From NCBI GenBank assembly GCA_037447435.1, contig JBBIGR010000059.1, positions 1 through 23,018 on the forward strand: a stretch of 23,018 bases of DNA, read 5' to 3'. This stretch comes from Fibrobacteria bacterium. GTDB taxonomy: Bacteria > Fibrobacterota > Chitinivibrionia > Chitinivibrionales > FEN-1185. Shown here piece after piece: positions 8,541-16,443 of the stretch (position 1 is the first letter of the stretch; each line of letters starts with the position of its first letter). The translations under genes and the position numbers were made by a program. Under the pieces are notes generated by a model. The model did no database searches, was not told where the DNA came from, and worked only from the letters and a program-made list of their open reading frames with translations.

Positions 8541-9632
8541 ATGCAAACACCGATGAAATTCTCCGAAATTTCAAATATCCGTTTATCAAGTCAAAAACTT
8601 GTTGGCCCAAAATTACCCTCAGCCAAAGAGGCGGTTGAATATTTGGGCGCAATGCAAGCCCAGGATTTTGCCATGGCGAAATTGGCGATCGGCATTCGCA
8701 CAAAAGGTTGCACGGAAAAAACAGTCGAACAGACCATTAACAAAGGCGACGTTTTGCGCAGCCATCTCATGCGGTCGACATGGCATTTTGTTTCATCATG
8801 CGACATTCACTGGATGTTGGGCCTCCTTGCCCCAAGAACCAAAGCGTTGATTAAACCGAGACTTAAAAGTCTTGAGCTCGACGGACCGGTTTTAATGCGA
8901 AGTTACGATGTCATCGAAAAATCCCTTTCAAGCAATGTGCACAAAACAAGGGACGAGTTGGATGCCGAATTAAAAAAAGCGAAAATTAAAACGGATGATA
9001 ACCGGCTGTCGCATATCATGGTATGCGCCGAACTGGACAAAATCATCGTGAGCGGCGAAATACGGGCTAAAAAGCAGACGTATGCGTTGCTTTCGCAAAG
9101 GGTATCGGAAAAAGGGGCGCTGGCGCAAGACGAAGCGTTGGCCATCTTGGCAAAGCGGTATTTCGAGGGCAGAGGACCGGCAACGGTGCGGGATTTTGCA
9201 TGGTGGTCGGGTTTATCGGTTACGGAAGCGAAGCAGGGCTTGGAATTGGTGAAATCGGGACTTCATAGCGAAACAATTGAATCCGGCGAATATTGGATGT
9301 CAATTTCGAAAAATAAAAACAAACCGCATGAAAACGAGGCGCTATTATTGCCTGCCTTCGACGAATTTCTCATCAGCTACACCGACCGCAGCGCGTCGCT
9401 TACGGGTGTGGATAAATTGAAGGCGGTTTCCAATAACGGAATATTCTATCCGGTTATCGTTGTCAACGGACAAGTCGTGGGCCGCTGGAAACGTACGTTT
9501 AAAAAAGACACCATGATTGTCGAAACCGAATTTTTTAAAAAGCAAAGCAACACAGCGAACTTATTGATAGAACAAGAAGCGCAAAAAGTCGGGAATTTCC
9601 TGGGGAAAAAAGCGGAAATCGTCATTAATTAA
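8541..9632 (+). CDS. AlkZ/HTH_42-family winged-helix DNA glycosylase (interstrand crosslink repair)
   Basis: AMQAQD (QxQ motif), LMRSTWHFV, RYFEGRGPATVRDFAWWSGL, LLPAFDEFLISY and VNGQVVGRWK. The start is uncertain (8541 or 8553). Confidence 0.9.
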   Translation: MQTPMKFSEISNIRLSSQKLVGPKLPSAKEAVEYLGAMQAQDFAMAKLAIGIRTKGCTEKTVEQTINKGDVLRSHLMRSTWHFVSSCDIHWMLGLLAPRTKALIKPRLKSLELDGPVLMRSYDVIEKSLSSNVHKTRDELDAELKKAKIKTDDNRLSHIMVCAELDKIIVSGEIRAKKQTYALLSQRVSEKGALAQDEALAILAKRYFEGRGPATVRDFAWWSGLSVTEAKQGLELVKSGLHSETIESGEYWMSISKNKNKPHENEALLLPAFDEFLISYTDRSASLTGVDKLKAVSNNGIFYPVIVVNGQVVGRWKRTFKKDTMIVETEFFKKQSNTANLLIEQEAQKVGNFLGKKAEIVIN

Positions 9633-9658
9633 AATCATAATCCGGGAATAATGTCTGT

Positions 9659-10888
9659 ATGAAAAATATGAAATTGATTGCGACCGGATTGCTCGGTTTC
9701 ATGACCGTCGTTTTTTGTTTGTCGTGCTATTACGAACATGCATTGCCGTGGCTGCGTATAGTCCAGGCCTTTGCCGAAGCGTCGATGGTCGGCGCATTGG
9801 CCGATTGGTTTGCCGTGGTCGTGCTATTCCGCCATCCCCTGGGAATTCCCATTCCCCATACGGCAATTATCCCCAAAAGCAAAGACAGAATCGGGTCCAT
9901 CCTCGGTAAATTCGTGGTTACCAATTTTCTGACAGCGGATGTCATAAAAAAGCATTTGATCAACAAAGTCGATTTTAGCGCGGCAATATCGAAATTACTG
10001 GAACAAAATGCGCGCGAAATTTCGAAAGAATCGGTTGCGTCGTTGCCAAAACTCCTGGAACTTGTCAAAGACGACGATATCCATGAGATAATAAAATCGA
10101 ATGTGTTGCCGCATATCCAACAGCTTAAACTTGCCAACATTGCGGGAGGCATGCTCGAATTCATGACGCACGGCGAATCGTTTCAAAACCTGTGCGACGA
10201 AGGCATACGGATAGGGCGAAGAATAGTCCGTCAAGGACTACCGGTCATACGGCGATACATTCTCGACGAACTTCCCACGATTTGGCCCGATTGGTTCGGC
10301 AAAAAGGACGTGGCAAACGGGCTTGCTAAATATATTATCGGTAAACTCAAGGACCAAATAGACACAATAGACAGGGATTCCGGGCACGCCACCCGAAAGG
10401 CGATCCAGCGTCAATTAAAAAACCTTGTGGAAAAACTGAAAACATCGCCCGAATATCAAACCAATGCCGTGCAAATTATTAATAAAATCATGGCCAACCC
10501 GATGTTTTCCGAGTATGTTTTGACCCTTTGGAAAGAACTCAAACGGTTCATTGATTCCAAAGTAAATAATCCCGACGAGGCAATGAACGACCGGTTGGAA
10601 ACAATGATAAAAGGTTTCGGAGCATCAATGAAATCCGACCCTGCGCTCCATAAGAAGTTGAACGAAACCGTGGAAAAAATACTGCTGGGCGCCTTGCCCC
10701 ATTTTGCGCCCGACATTCAAAAGATGATAGAAAAAACGGTGAAGGGCTGGACCGAAAAACAAATCGTGGAAACGCTTGAACCCGCGGTTGGCCAAGACCT
10801 GCAATTCATACGAATCAACGGCACGATAGTCGGCGGTTTGGCCGGCTTGGCCATTTACGGAATATCGCTGCTTTTGACTTCAATCTGA
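9659..10888 (+). CDS. DUF445 family membrane-anchored protein
   Basis: AFAEASMVGALADWFAVVVLFRHPLGIPIPHTAIIP at the N-terminus and VGQDLQFIRINGTIVGGLAG at the C-terminus. Confidence 0.93.
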   Translation: MKNMKLIATGLLGFMTVVFCLSCYYEHALPWLRIVQAFAEASMVGALADWFAVVVLFRHPLGIPIPHTAIIPKSKDRIGSILGKFVVTNFLTADVIKKHLINKVDFSAAISKLLEQNAREISKESVASLPKLLELVKDDDIHEIIKSNVLPHIQQLKLANIAGGMLEFMTHGESFQNLCDEGIRIGRRIVRQGLPVIRRYILDELPTIWPDWFGKKDVANGLAKYIIGKLKDQIDTIDRDSGHATRKAIQRQLKNLVEKLKTSPEYQTNAVQIINKIMANPMFSEYVLTLWKELKRFIDSKVNNPDEAMNDRLETMIKGFGASMKSDPALHKKLNETVEKILLGALPHFAPDIQKMIEKTVKGWTEKQIVETLEPAVGQDLQFIRINGTIVGGLAGLAIYGISLLLTSI

Positions 10889-11205
10889 TTCAGGACATTC
10901 ATTACCATGTCCTGCGTGTCAGTTTTCTCAATTGCTTGCAATATTTTACTGGGGATAAATACGGGGGGTCTGAGAAAAGAACAAATCTTGATTTTGTTTT
11001 CTGCAGAGGGAAAAACACATTCGGTCGCCAGCTCAAGTTCGCCGAAAGCGGCATTGGTAAGGGTTACCGATGCCATAAACAAGTCGGGATTAAGCGCTGC
11101 TTCATACAGCATTGTTTTAATCATGCTTTCCCTGTTAACGATAAAACCAAAGATAATTTCCCATCGTTCTCGGCTTATTTGTGTTTTTTTATTATTTTGA
11201 AGCAT
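10855..11205 (-). CDS. Hypothetical protein X1 (116 aa), paralogue of 18454-18786
   Basis: Aligns with the 18454-18786 product with one gap (39 identities over ~110 aa by hand), which supports both being real genes. Its last 34 nt overlap the DUF445 3' end. Confidence 0.8.
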   Translation of the reverse strand: MLQNNKKTQISRERWEIIFGFIVNRESMIKTMLYEAALNPDLFMASVTLTNAAFGELELATECVFPSAENKIKICSFLRPPVFIPSKILQAIEKTDTQDMVMNVLNQIEVKSSDIP

Positions 11206-11249
11206 AAGGTTTTTTTGCCCTTTGTTCTAAAAAGGGAAAGAAATTGTAA

Positions 11250-11279
11250 GCTGCCGGCAAGGTGGTTCTTGCCGGTAGC
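11250..11279. repeat. GC-rich inverted repeat (hairpin) in the X1/HTH1 intergenic region
   Basis: GCTGCCGGCAAG-gtggtt-CTTGCCGGTAGC forms 12 bp with one G-U on + (one mismatch on -). There is no U-tract. Confidence 0.75.
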
Positions 11280-11414
11280 GCGGATAACAAGCATGATACA
11301 GGTTAAAAGGTATTGCGCTCTATGCGTCGGAGGGTTTTTTATTGGCGCCGTCACTTTGTTTCTGTATCAATTTCAAAATAAAATAACTACTTACATAATT
11401 ACAAGTACTTTATT

Positions 11415-11621
11415 ATGATTTCGGTAAATGATAAACCTGGTGATTTTATTTCCTTATCCGAGGCCGCAAAAATTCGCGGTTGTTCCCATCAGGCAATTTC
11501 TGAACTTGTAAAGAAAAATCGGTTTAAAATATTTATGATTTCCGGGCATGTGCATTTAAGCCGAAAAGAAGTGACGGCATACAAGCCTGTCAATACCGGC
11601 AGACCTCCAAAGAAAAAATAG
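11415..11621 (+). CDS. Excisionase-like (HTH_17/MerR-like) DNA-binding protein HTH1
   Basis: FISLSEAAKIRGCSHQAISELVKKNRF...ISGHVHLSRKEV and a basic GRPPKKK tail. It has 29/64 ungapped identities to the 17996-18301 product. Confidence 0.85.
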   Translation: MISVNDKPGDFISLSEAAKIRGCSHQAISELVKKNRFKIFMISGHVHLSRKEVTAYKPVNTGRPPKKK

Positions 11622-11630
11622 GAACACCCA

Positions 11631-12479
11631 ATGCCAGACAAAACCGTATTTCCGAACCTAACCGGGTTAATAAAGCAAAGACATTCATGTCGTACCTATC
11701 AAAAAAAGGCGGTTGAAGCCGAAGCCAAGGGAAAGCTTCTCGATTTCATGGCCACGCATTGCAACGGCCTGTACAACGACAAAATAGAATTCGGTTTCAT
11801 ACAAAAAGACCCGGAAGCAAACAAAGAAATGAAATTGGCGTATGGTTTGTTAAAAAACCATAACGCCTATATCCTGGCAAAAACTCCAAACGCCAAAACC
11901 GCGCGAATAAGTTACGGTTATATTCTTGAAAAAATCGCATTAAAGGCAACCGAACTCGGGGTTGCAAGTTGCTGGGTCGGAATCGTCGATGTGCGCTATT
12001 TTCCGGAGCTTGTATTAAATGCCGATGAAATGCTTCCCGCGATTTTAGTCGTTGGCTATGCAACGGAAAAACGGCGGCTCAAAGAAAAACTCATCAGATT
12101 TGCCGTCAAAGCGCAACAACGGAAACCCTGGGACGAATTGTTTTATCTGAACGATTTTTCGGCAAAATTAACAAAAGAAAAAGCGGGAAGCTATTGCGAA
12201 GCATTGGAAATGCTGCGGCTGGCGCCGTCGGCCGGCAACTCTCAGCCGTGGAGAATCGTATTCGACGAGAGCCGGAACGCGTTTCATTTTTATAAAGAAC
12301 CTAAATCCCCGGCATACGAAGAGCGCGGCATGCACGATGTCGATATGGGTATTTGTATGTCGCATTTTGAATTGACAGCAAGGAATAACGGCTTGACGGG
12401 ATCGTGGAAAGCGATCGATGCGCATGCCCTTCCAAAAAACAACGCAGCACAATACGTGCTTAGTTGGGTGATCGGGTGA
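11631..12479 (+). CDS. Nitroreductase family protein (two-domain, TM1586-like)
   Basis: IKQRHSCRTY, GYILEKIALKATELGVASCWVG, RKPWDELF, LRLAPSAGNSQPWR and VDMGICMSHFEL. Confidence 0.92.
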   Translation: MPDKTVFPNLTGLIKQRHSCRTYQKKAVEAEAKGKLLDFMATHCNGLYNDKIEFGFIQKDPEANKEMKLAYGLLKNHNAYILAKTPNAKTARISYGYILEKIALKATELGVASCWVGIVDVRYFPELVLNADEMLPAILVVGYATEKRRLKEKLIRFAVKAQQRKPWDELFYLNDFSAKLTKEKAGSYCEALEMLRLAPSAGNSQPWRIVFDESRNAFHFYKEPKSPAYEERGMHDVDMGICMSHFELTARNNGLTGSWKAIDAHALPKNNAAQYVLSWVIG

Positions 12480-12509
12480 ACAGGCCGCAAAATAGGAGCA
12501 AAAAGAACA

Positions 12510-13862
12510 TTAAAATCCGGTCATGATGTCGACATTCTTGAGAAAATCGGAATCAAGCGCCTTAACGATTATGATGTCCTTTTGTTTAGACAAATCTTCC
12601 TGAACGATACTCCCTTTCGAAAGAATTTTTCCCAAAGAATCGGTAATGACGCTCACAACGGGTTTATCAAGGAAATCCTTGTTCGCGTCAATTACCTTTG
12701 CAATCCGTTTGTCGTTGAGTTCGACCAGGCTGCCCACGGGGTACAAAGAGGCATATTCAAGAAACGCTTTTACGAATTCTCCCGAAATCAGACCGAGCCG
12801 GGCCATCTTGATAAGATATAAAGCAATCTCGTGAGGGGTATGCGCATTGCGATAAGAACGCGGGGAGGTCATGGCTTCGTAAATATCCGCGATTTGGGCC
12901 ATTTTCGCATACCGGTGAATAAGAAGACTGTTTCTTTGTTTCGGATAGCCTTTGCTGTTTTCGCGTTCATGTATTTGATAGGCGATAAAGGGAATTGCTT
13001 CAGGCAGCTTTTTAATCTTTTCCAAAAGATTAAGCCCCAAGACCGGATGCTTCTGAATTATCAGAAATTCATCGTCGGTCAAGCGCCCTTGTTTTGTGCG
13101 GATTTCTTTTGGCAAAAGAAACATGCCAACGTCGTGTAAAAGCGCACCAATGCCGATATCGACGACCTGATTTTCGTTATAGCCGGAAGACGCCGCGATA
13201 TTTATCGCTAAAAGGCATACGTTGAGAGAATGGTGGTAAATGTAATCTTCCCCGGTATGCTTTATTCCCGATATATTAAGAAGAATATTCCGGTCTGTAA
13301 TGAATATCTTTTTAAACCGCTCGACAATAGCTTTTATCGGTCTGCCGTCCGAATTACTGTCCACCACGAGCGAATCGAGAATCTCCTTTACTTCCTTGAG
13401 TGCAAATTCATAGGAATACGTTATACCCGCCTTATAGTCATCCGATCGATCCTGTACCGAAATCTGCGACGCTCTGCTTTTAAGCGGAGGCCCCACAGGC
13501 CTGTCCGGGGTCTTGCCCAGTTGCTTGTCCAGCTCAAAAGTCTTATCGTTATGCAGGAGCTTTTTCAGACTGTTCCGGGTTATGGATTTCGGTTTTCCAA
13601 AAGAAGGTTTTTGGGCAGGCAAATGCTCGTCTATGTCCACTTTGGCAATGGGTTTGAAATCAGTGGTGAGCAGGCTGCTGAGCTTTTCTTCCTCCGTGGA
13701 AGGGATGGTGTATAACTCGAAAATATTACGGCGATTGAACGCGTCCAAATGGCTTTGAGTGATCCGTACGCCGCGCGATATAAGCAATTCGCCCTTTTCC
13801 GAATAATAATCCTGAGGCGCTAATGTTCCGACCACAAGAGACGATACGTTGACGGCTTTCAT
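12510..13862 (-). CDS. HD-GYP domain protein (putative cyclic-dinucleotide phosphodiesterase)
   Basis: YHHSLNV, ALLHDVGM, KHPVLG, HERENSKGYP, IADIYEAMTSPRSYR and YPVGSLVELND. ATG 13862 is the likely start. Confidence 0.92.
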   Translation of the reverse strand: MKAVNVSSLVVGTLAPQDYYSEKGELLISRGVRITQSHLDAFNRRNIFELYTIPSTEEEKLSSLLTTDFKPIAKVDIDEHLPAQKPSFGKPKSITRNSLKKLLHNDKTFELDKQLGKTPDRPVGPPLKSRASQISVQDRSDDYKAGITYSYEFALKEVKEILDSLVVDSNSDGRPIKAIVERFKKIFITDRNILLNISGIKHTGEDYIYHHSLNVCLLAINIAASSGYNENQVVDIGIGALLHDVGMFLLPKEIRTKQGRLTDDEFLIIQKHPVLGLNLLEKIKKLPEAIPFIAYQIHERENSKGYPKQRNSLLIHRYAKMAQIADIYEAMTSPRSYRNAHTPHEIALYLIKMARLGLISGEFVKAFLEYASLYPVGSLVELNDKRIAKVIDANKDFLDKPVVSVITDSLGKILSKGSIVQEDLSKQKDIIIVKALDSDFLKNVDIMTGF

Positions 13863-13962
13863 ACTTCCGTATCTTTCTGCAAAAGCAAGCAATGAATTCG
13901 GTACCCAAGGTTCCTAATCCATGATACCATTTTGGCGAGGCAGGTTTCAATATAAGGAGTGC

Positions 13963-13988
13963 AAAACCGTTCCGAAAATCGGAACCGG
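13963..13988 (-). terminator. Putative intrinsic terminator after the minus-strand genes ending at 14007
   Basis: Minus strand GTTCCGA-ttt-TCGGAAC followed by GG-TTTT, about 20 nt downstream of the stop. Confidence 0.5.
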
Positions 13989-14006
13989 CAGAATTATTTT
14001 CAAGGG

Positions 14007-14288
14007 TTATTTTCTCTTGTTCCGGGATGCGCCGAATAACCCGCCGCTGAATCCGCCGATGCCGATCATGAAACCAAAATCATACCATCGTCCGGCATTT
14101 GGAAATTCATAAATCCTATAATCGGTAAACAGGCTCACGATAAAGGAAACCGGAGCGATGAATCCGTGCAATAGGCCTTTCCAAAACCCTGCGGCATGGA
14201 GCGTCGGTATAAATGATTGATGTGCACAACCCGACAGTAATAGTACAAAAAGAACAATTGAAAAAAGACCGATTGACTTGTTCGACAT
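14007..14288 (-). CDS. Small conserved hypothetical membrane lipoprotein
   Basis: AGGAG RBS, lipobox LLSGC, and GFWKGLLHG...RIYEFPNAGRWYDFGF, a pattern I recognise in widespread uncharacterised proteins. Confidence 0.8.
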   Translation of the reverse strand: MSNKSIGLFSIVLFVLLLSGCAHQSFIPTLHAAGFWKGLLHGFIAPVSFIVSLFTDYRIYEFPNAGRWYDFGFMIGIGGFSGGLFGASRNKRK

Positions 14289-14325
14289 GGCAGTTCTCCT
14301 GGTTATGTTTATTATATTGCAGGGC

Positions 14326-15141
14326 TTAAATAATACGCAATTTATTTAAAATCTTTTTTGTTGTTTCGATCCGTAAATTATTACCTAAATCATTAATATT
14401 GTTGACGATAATATTCATGGCAAATATGTGCACTCCGGAATTTGTTTCAATAAATCCTACATACCAACCAAGTACTTTGCCGTTTAAACAAGTGCCGGTG
14501 CCGGTTTTTCCATAAAGCTTGTAAAGAGGGGTTGATTCATAGAGCATAATGCTTTTTACTTCTTTAATGGTTTTTACCGAAAAACCACTGAGCATATTCA
14601 AATAGAGTTTCTTTAAGAATTCAATTTGTTCGTCTATGGAAATTTGAATAGATCCGCAAAGCCAGAAAGAATCGACAGCGCCGGAAATGTCGTTATTTCC
14701 ATAACTAATTAAATCAACATATTTTTTCATTTGTATTTGTCCGACTCTTCGAGCCAATTCCTGATAATACCAAACGCAGGAATATTTAAAAGCCCGAGCA
14801 AGAGAAAGGTCTTGAAACCAATATTTGAACGGTTCCGATTGAAGCATTTCGGAATTTTTAGGATGAATTATACTGTCGTACTTAATAATGTATCCGGTGT
14901 CTTTTATTATGCCGGTTTCCAAACCAATAAGCGAATTTGCAATTTTAAAAGTAGAGCAAGGAGATATTCTTTTTTTACAATGTTCAGGATTAAAAACAGA
15001 ACGATCGCCTGTTTTAATATTGTAAACGGCAAATCCTCCGGTAAATCTACCGAAATAAGATGCAAGGTCAACAGTGTCTATCTTTTGAGCAAATGAAGTG
15101 ATAGCAAATAGTAGTAAAACCATAAAAAATGATCTGCCCAT
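14326..15141 (-). CDS. blaOXA: Class D (OXA-type) serine beta-lactamase homologue
   Basis: Signal peptide, PCSTFKI (SxxK), YSCVWYYQ (SxV), YGN, FWL, GKTGTG (KTG), GWYVGFIE and FAMNI. It is 271 aa with no BlaR1 protease domain. Confidence 0.9.
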   Translation of the reverse strand: MGRSFFMVLLLFAITSFAQKIDTVDLASYFGRFTGGFAVYNIKTGDRSVFNPEHCKKRISPCSTFKIANSLIGLETGIIKDTGYIIKYDSIIHPKNSEMLQSEPFKYWFQDLSLARAFKYSCVWYYQELARRVGQIQMKKYVDLISYGNNDISGAVDSFWLCGSIQISIDEQIEFLKKLYLNMLSGFSVKTIKEVKSIMLYESTPLYKLYGKTGTGTCLNGKVLGWYVGFIETNSGVHIFAMNIIVNNINDLGNNLRIETTKKILNKLRII

Positions 15142-15156
15142 ATTAAATCCCTTATG

Positions 15157-15483
15157 CTATTCCTTTTTCTTTTTATTGCCCTTACTTCCGATTTTCAACA
15201 AAATAACAATAGGGATTATCACGACAAGCAATGGGGTGAGGAAGGGAATTGCTATGGCAAGGAAAATCACGCCGATCAAACCCAAAATTGCGGGTATTAA
15301 AATGCCGACGCCTAAAAAAACAGAAATAATAATAAAAATTGCCAATAATAGTCCGCCGATTCCGCCCAATATTCCCAAAGTTATCCCGGTTGTGATACCT
15401 AAAATTCCAGGAAGAATAAACGTGCAACCCAATGCGACGAGCAAAATCCCGATAGATAACAGTACTATTGATTTAAAGGTCAT
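15157..15483 (-). CDS. Small Gly/Ile/Leu-rich integral membrane protein
   Basis: Almost entirely hydrophobic with a basic C-tail. ATG 15483 follows GGGAGG. Confidence 0.7.
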   Translation of the reverse strand: MTFKSIVLLSIGILLVALGCTFILPGILGITTGITLGILGGIGGLLLAIFIIISVFLGVGILIPAILGLIGVIFLAIAIPFLTPLLVVIIPIVILLKIGSKGNKKKKE

Positions 15484-15572
15484 CCCAGCCTCCCTCAGCA
15501 TTCGCATTTGCTTTTTGCTATTGTCTAGTGCTTATATCTTCTAACTTTCAACTTTTGAATTCTGACTTGGAT

Positions 15573-16334
15573 TTACGGCAAATTTGTTCTGAAGCCCAAT
15601 CCTAAAAAAGAAATTTCGCCTTCCTGCGTGGTTGCTGAAGAAATCGGCGATGTATTGAGGAGTCCAAACACATACCCCGATTCAATAAAAAGGAAACCGA
15701 TTTTTGCAATTGCGAATTCCGCCCCCAAACGAATTCCGAGCCCGAAATTGAACCGGGGAGTCAAACCGGCAAGGTCTTCGGACGTATTGGAAATATCGTC
15801 CGTATAGGTGGAGGCGAGTAGTATCGAGGCTTTGGGACCAACACCCAAATAAATTCCGCTCCGGCGAAACGGGAGAGTCACCTTGAAGTCGATAGGAATC
15901 GACAGCCAATGACGATCGATCCGGGATTTAACAAAAGGCATCTCGGTATTGTCCCCTTGGAAATACCCGGGAATGCTTGCCGCATACGCATCCATAAGCG
16001 CTTGCTGATATCCGATAGCGCCTTTAAGAGAAAGTACCCGGTTAAAAGATTTTTCATAACCAATTTCAAACGAATACTTAACAGCGTATTGAAATTCGAC
16101 CGGATAGCTTGAAAACGGAGTATAAGTGTTTTTCTTCTTTCCTTCTTTACCGTTCTGAATGTAGACGACGGAATCTCCGGCCAATACGCCGATTTGCGCT
16201 CCTTCAAAGTTATAAAGCTTGTCGCCGTTCATTGTTCCCTGGCTCACATTTGCTTTAAAAAAGATTCCGGAATCATCCGCATGTACGGAAAAAACGGTGA
16301 TAATTACAAATAATAACAAGGAATGGCGAATCAT
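15573..16334 (-). CDS. Outer-membrane beta-barrel protein (PorT/OMP_b-brl_2-like)
   Basis: Signal peptide MIRHSLLLFVIITVFSVHA and amphipathic strands WLSIPIDFKV, IYLGVGPKASILL, FNFGLGIRLGAEF and FIESGYVFGL. ATG 16334 follows AAAGG. Confidence 0.8.
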   Translation of the reverse strand: MIRHSLLLFVIITVFSVHADDSGIFFKANVSQGTMNGDKLYNFEGAQIGVLAGDSVVYIQNGKEGKKKNTYTPFSSYPVEFQYAVKYSFEIGYEKSFNRVLSLKGAIGYQQALMDAYAASIPGYFQGDNTEMPFVKSRIDRHWLSIPIDFKVTLPFRRSGIYLGVGPKASILLASTYTDDISNTSEDLAGLTPRFNFGLGIRLGAEFAIAKIGFLFIESGYVFGLLNTSPISSATTQEGEISFLGLGFRTNLP

Positions 16335-16443
16335 AGTGCCTTTCTTAATTAGTTTTACGCCCATCGGTTAACTCGGCAATTACTTGCGAGTAAACGGGGT
16401 TTTGCGCTTGAATAAAATGATTGAAGTTCAATTCAAATAATTT

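Noticed and set aside
10907..11418. Plus-strand ORFs 10907-11200 and 10936-11418
   Set aside because: They are antisense shadows of X1 and its leader. X1 is supported by its paralogue and these are not.
13960..13976. Sigma-54-like motif upstream of HD-GYP (minus strand CGGAACGGTTTTGCA)
   Set aside because: GG-to-GC spacing is 9, not the required 10. It is better explained as a terminator hairpin.
14326..15141. BlaR1/MecR1 sensor
   Set aside because: It has SxV rather than SxN, a simple signal peptide, no M56 domain and no blaI neighbour.
15098..15544. 148-aa Ile/Pro/Lys-rich plus-strand ORF
   Set aside because: Typical antisense read of a hydrophobic membrane-protein gene.
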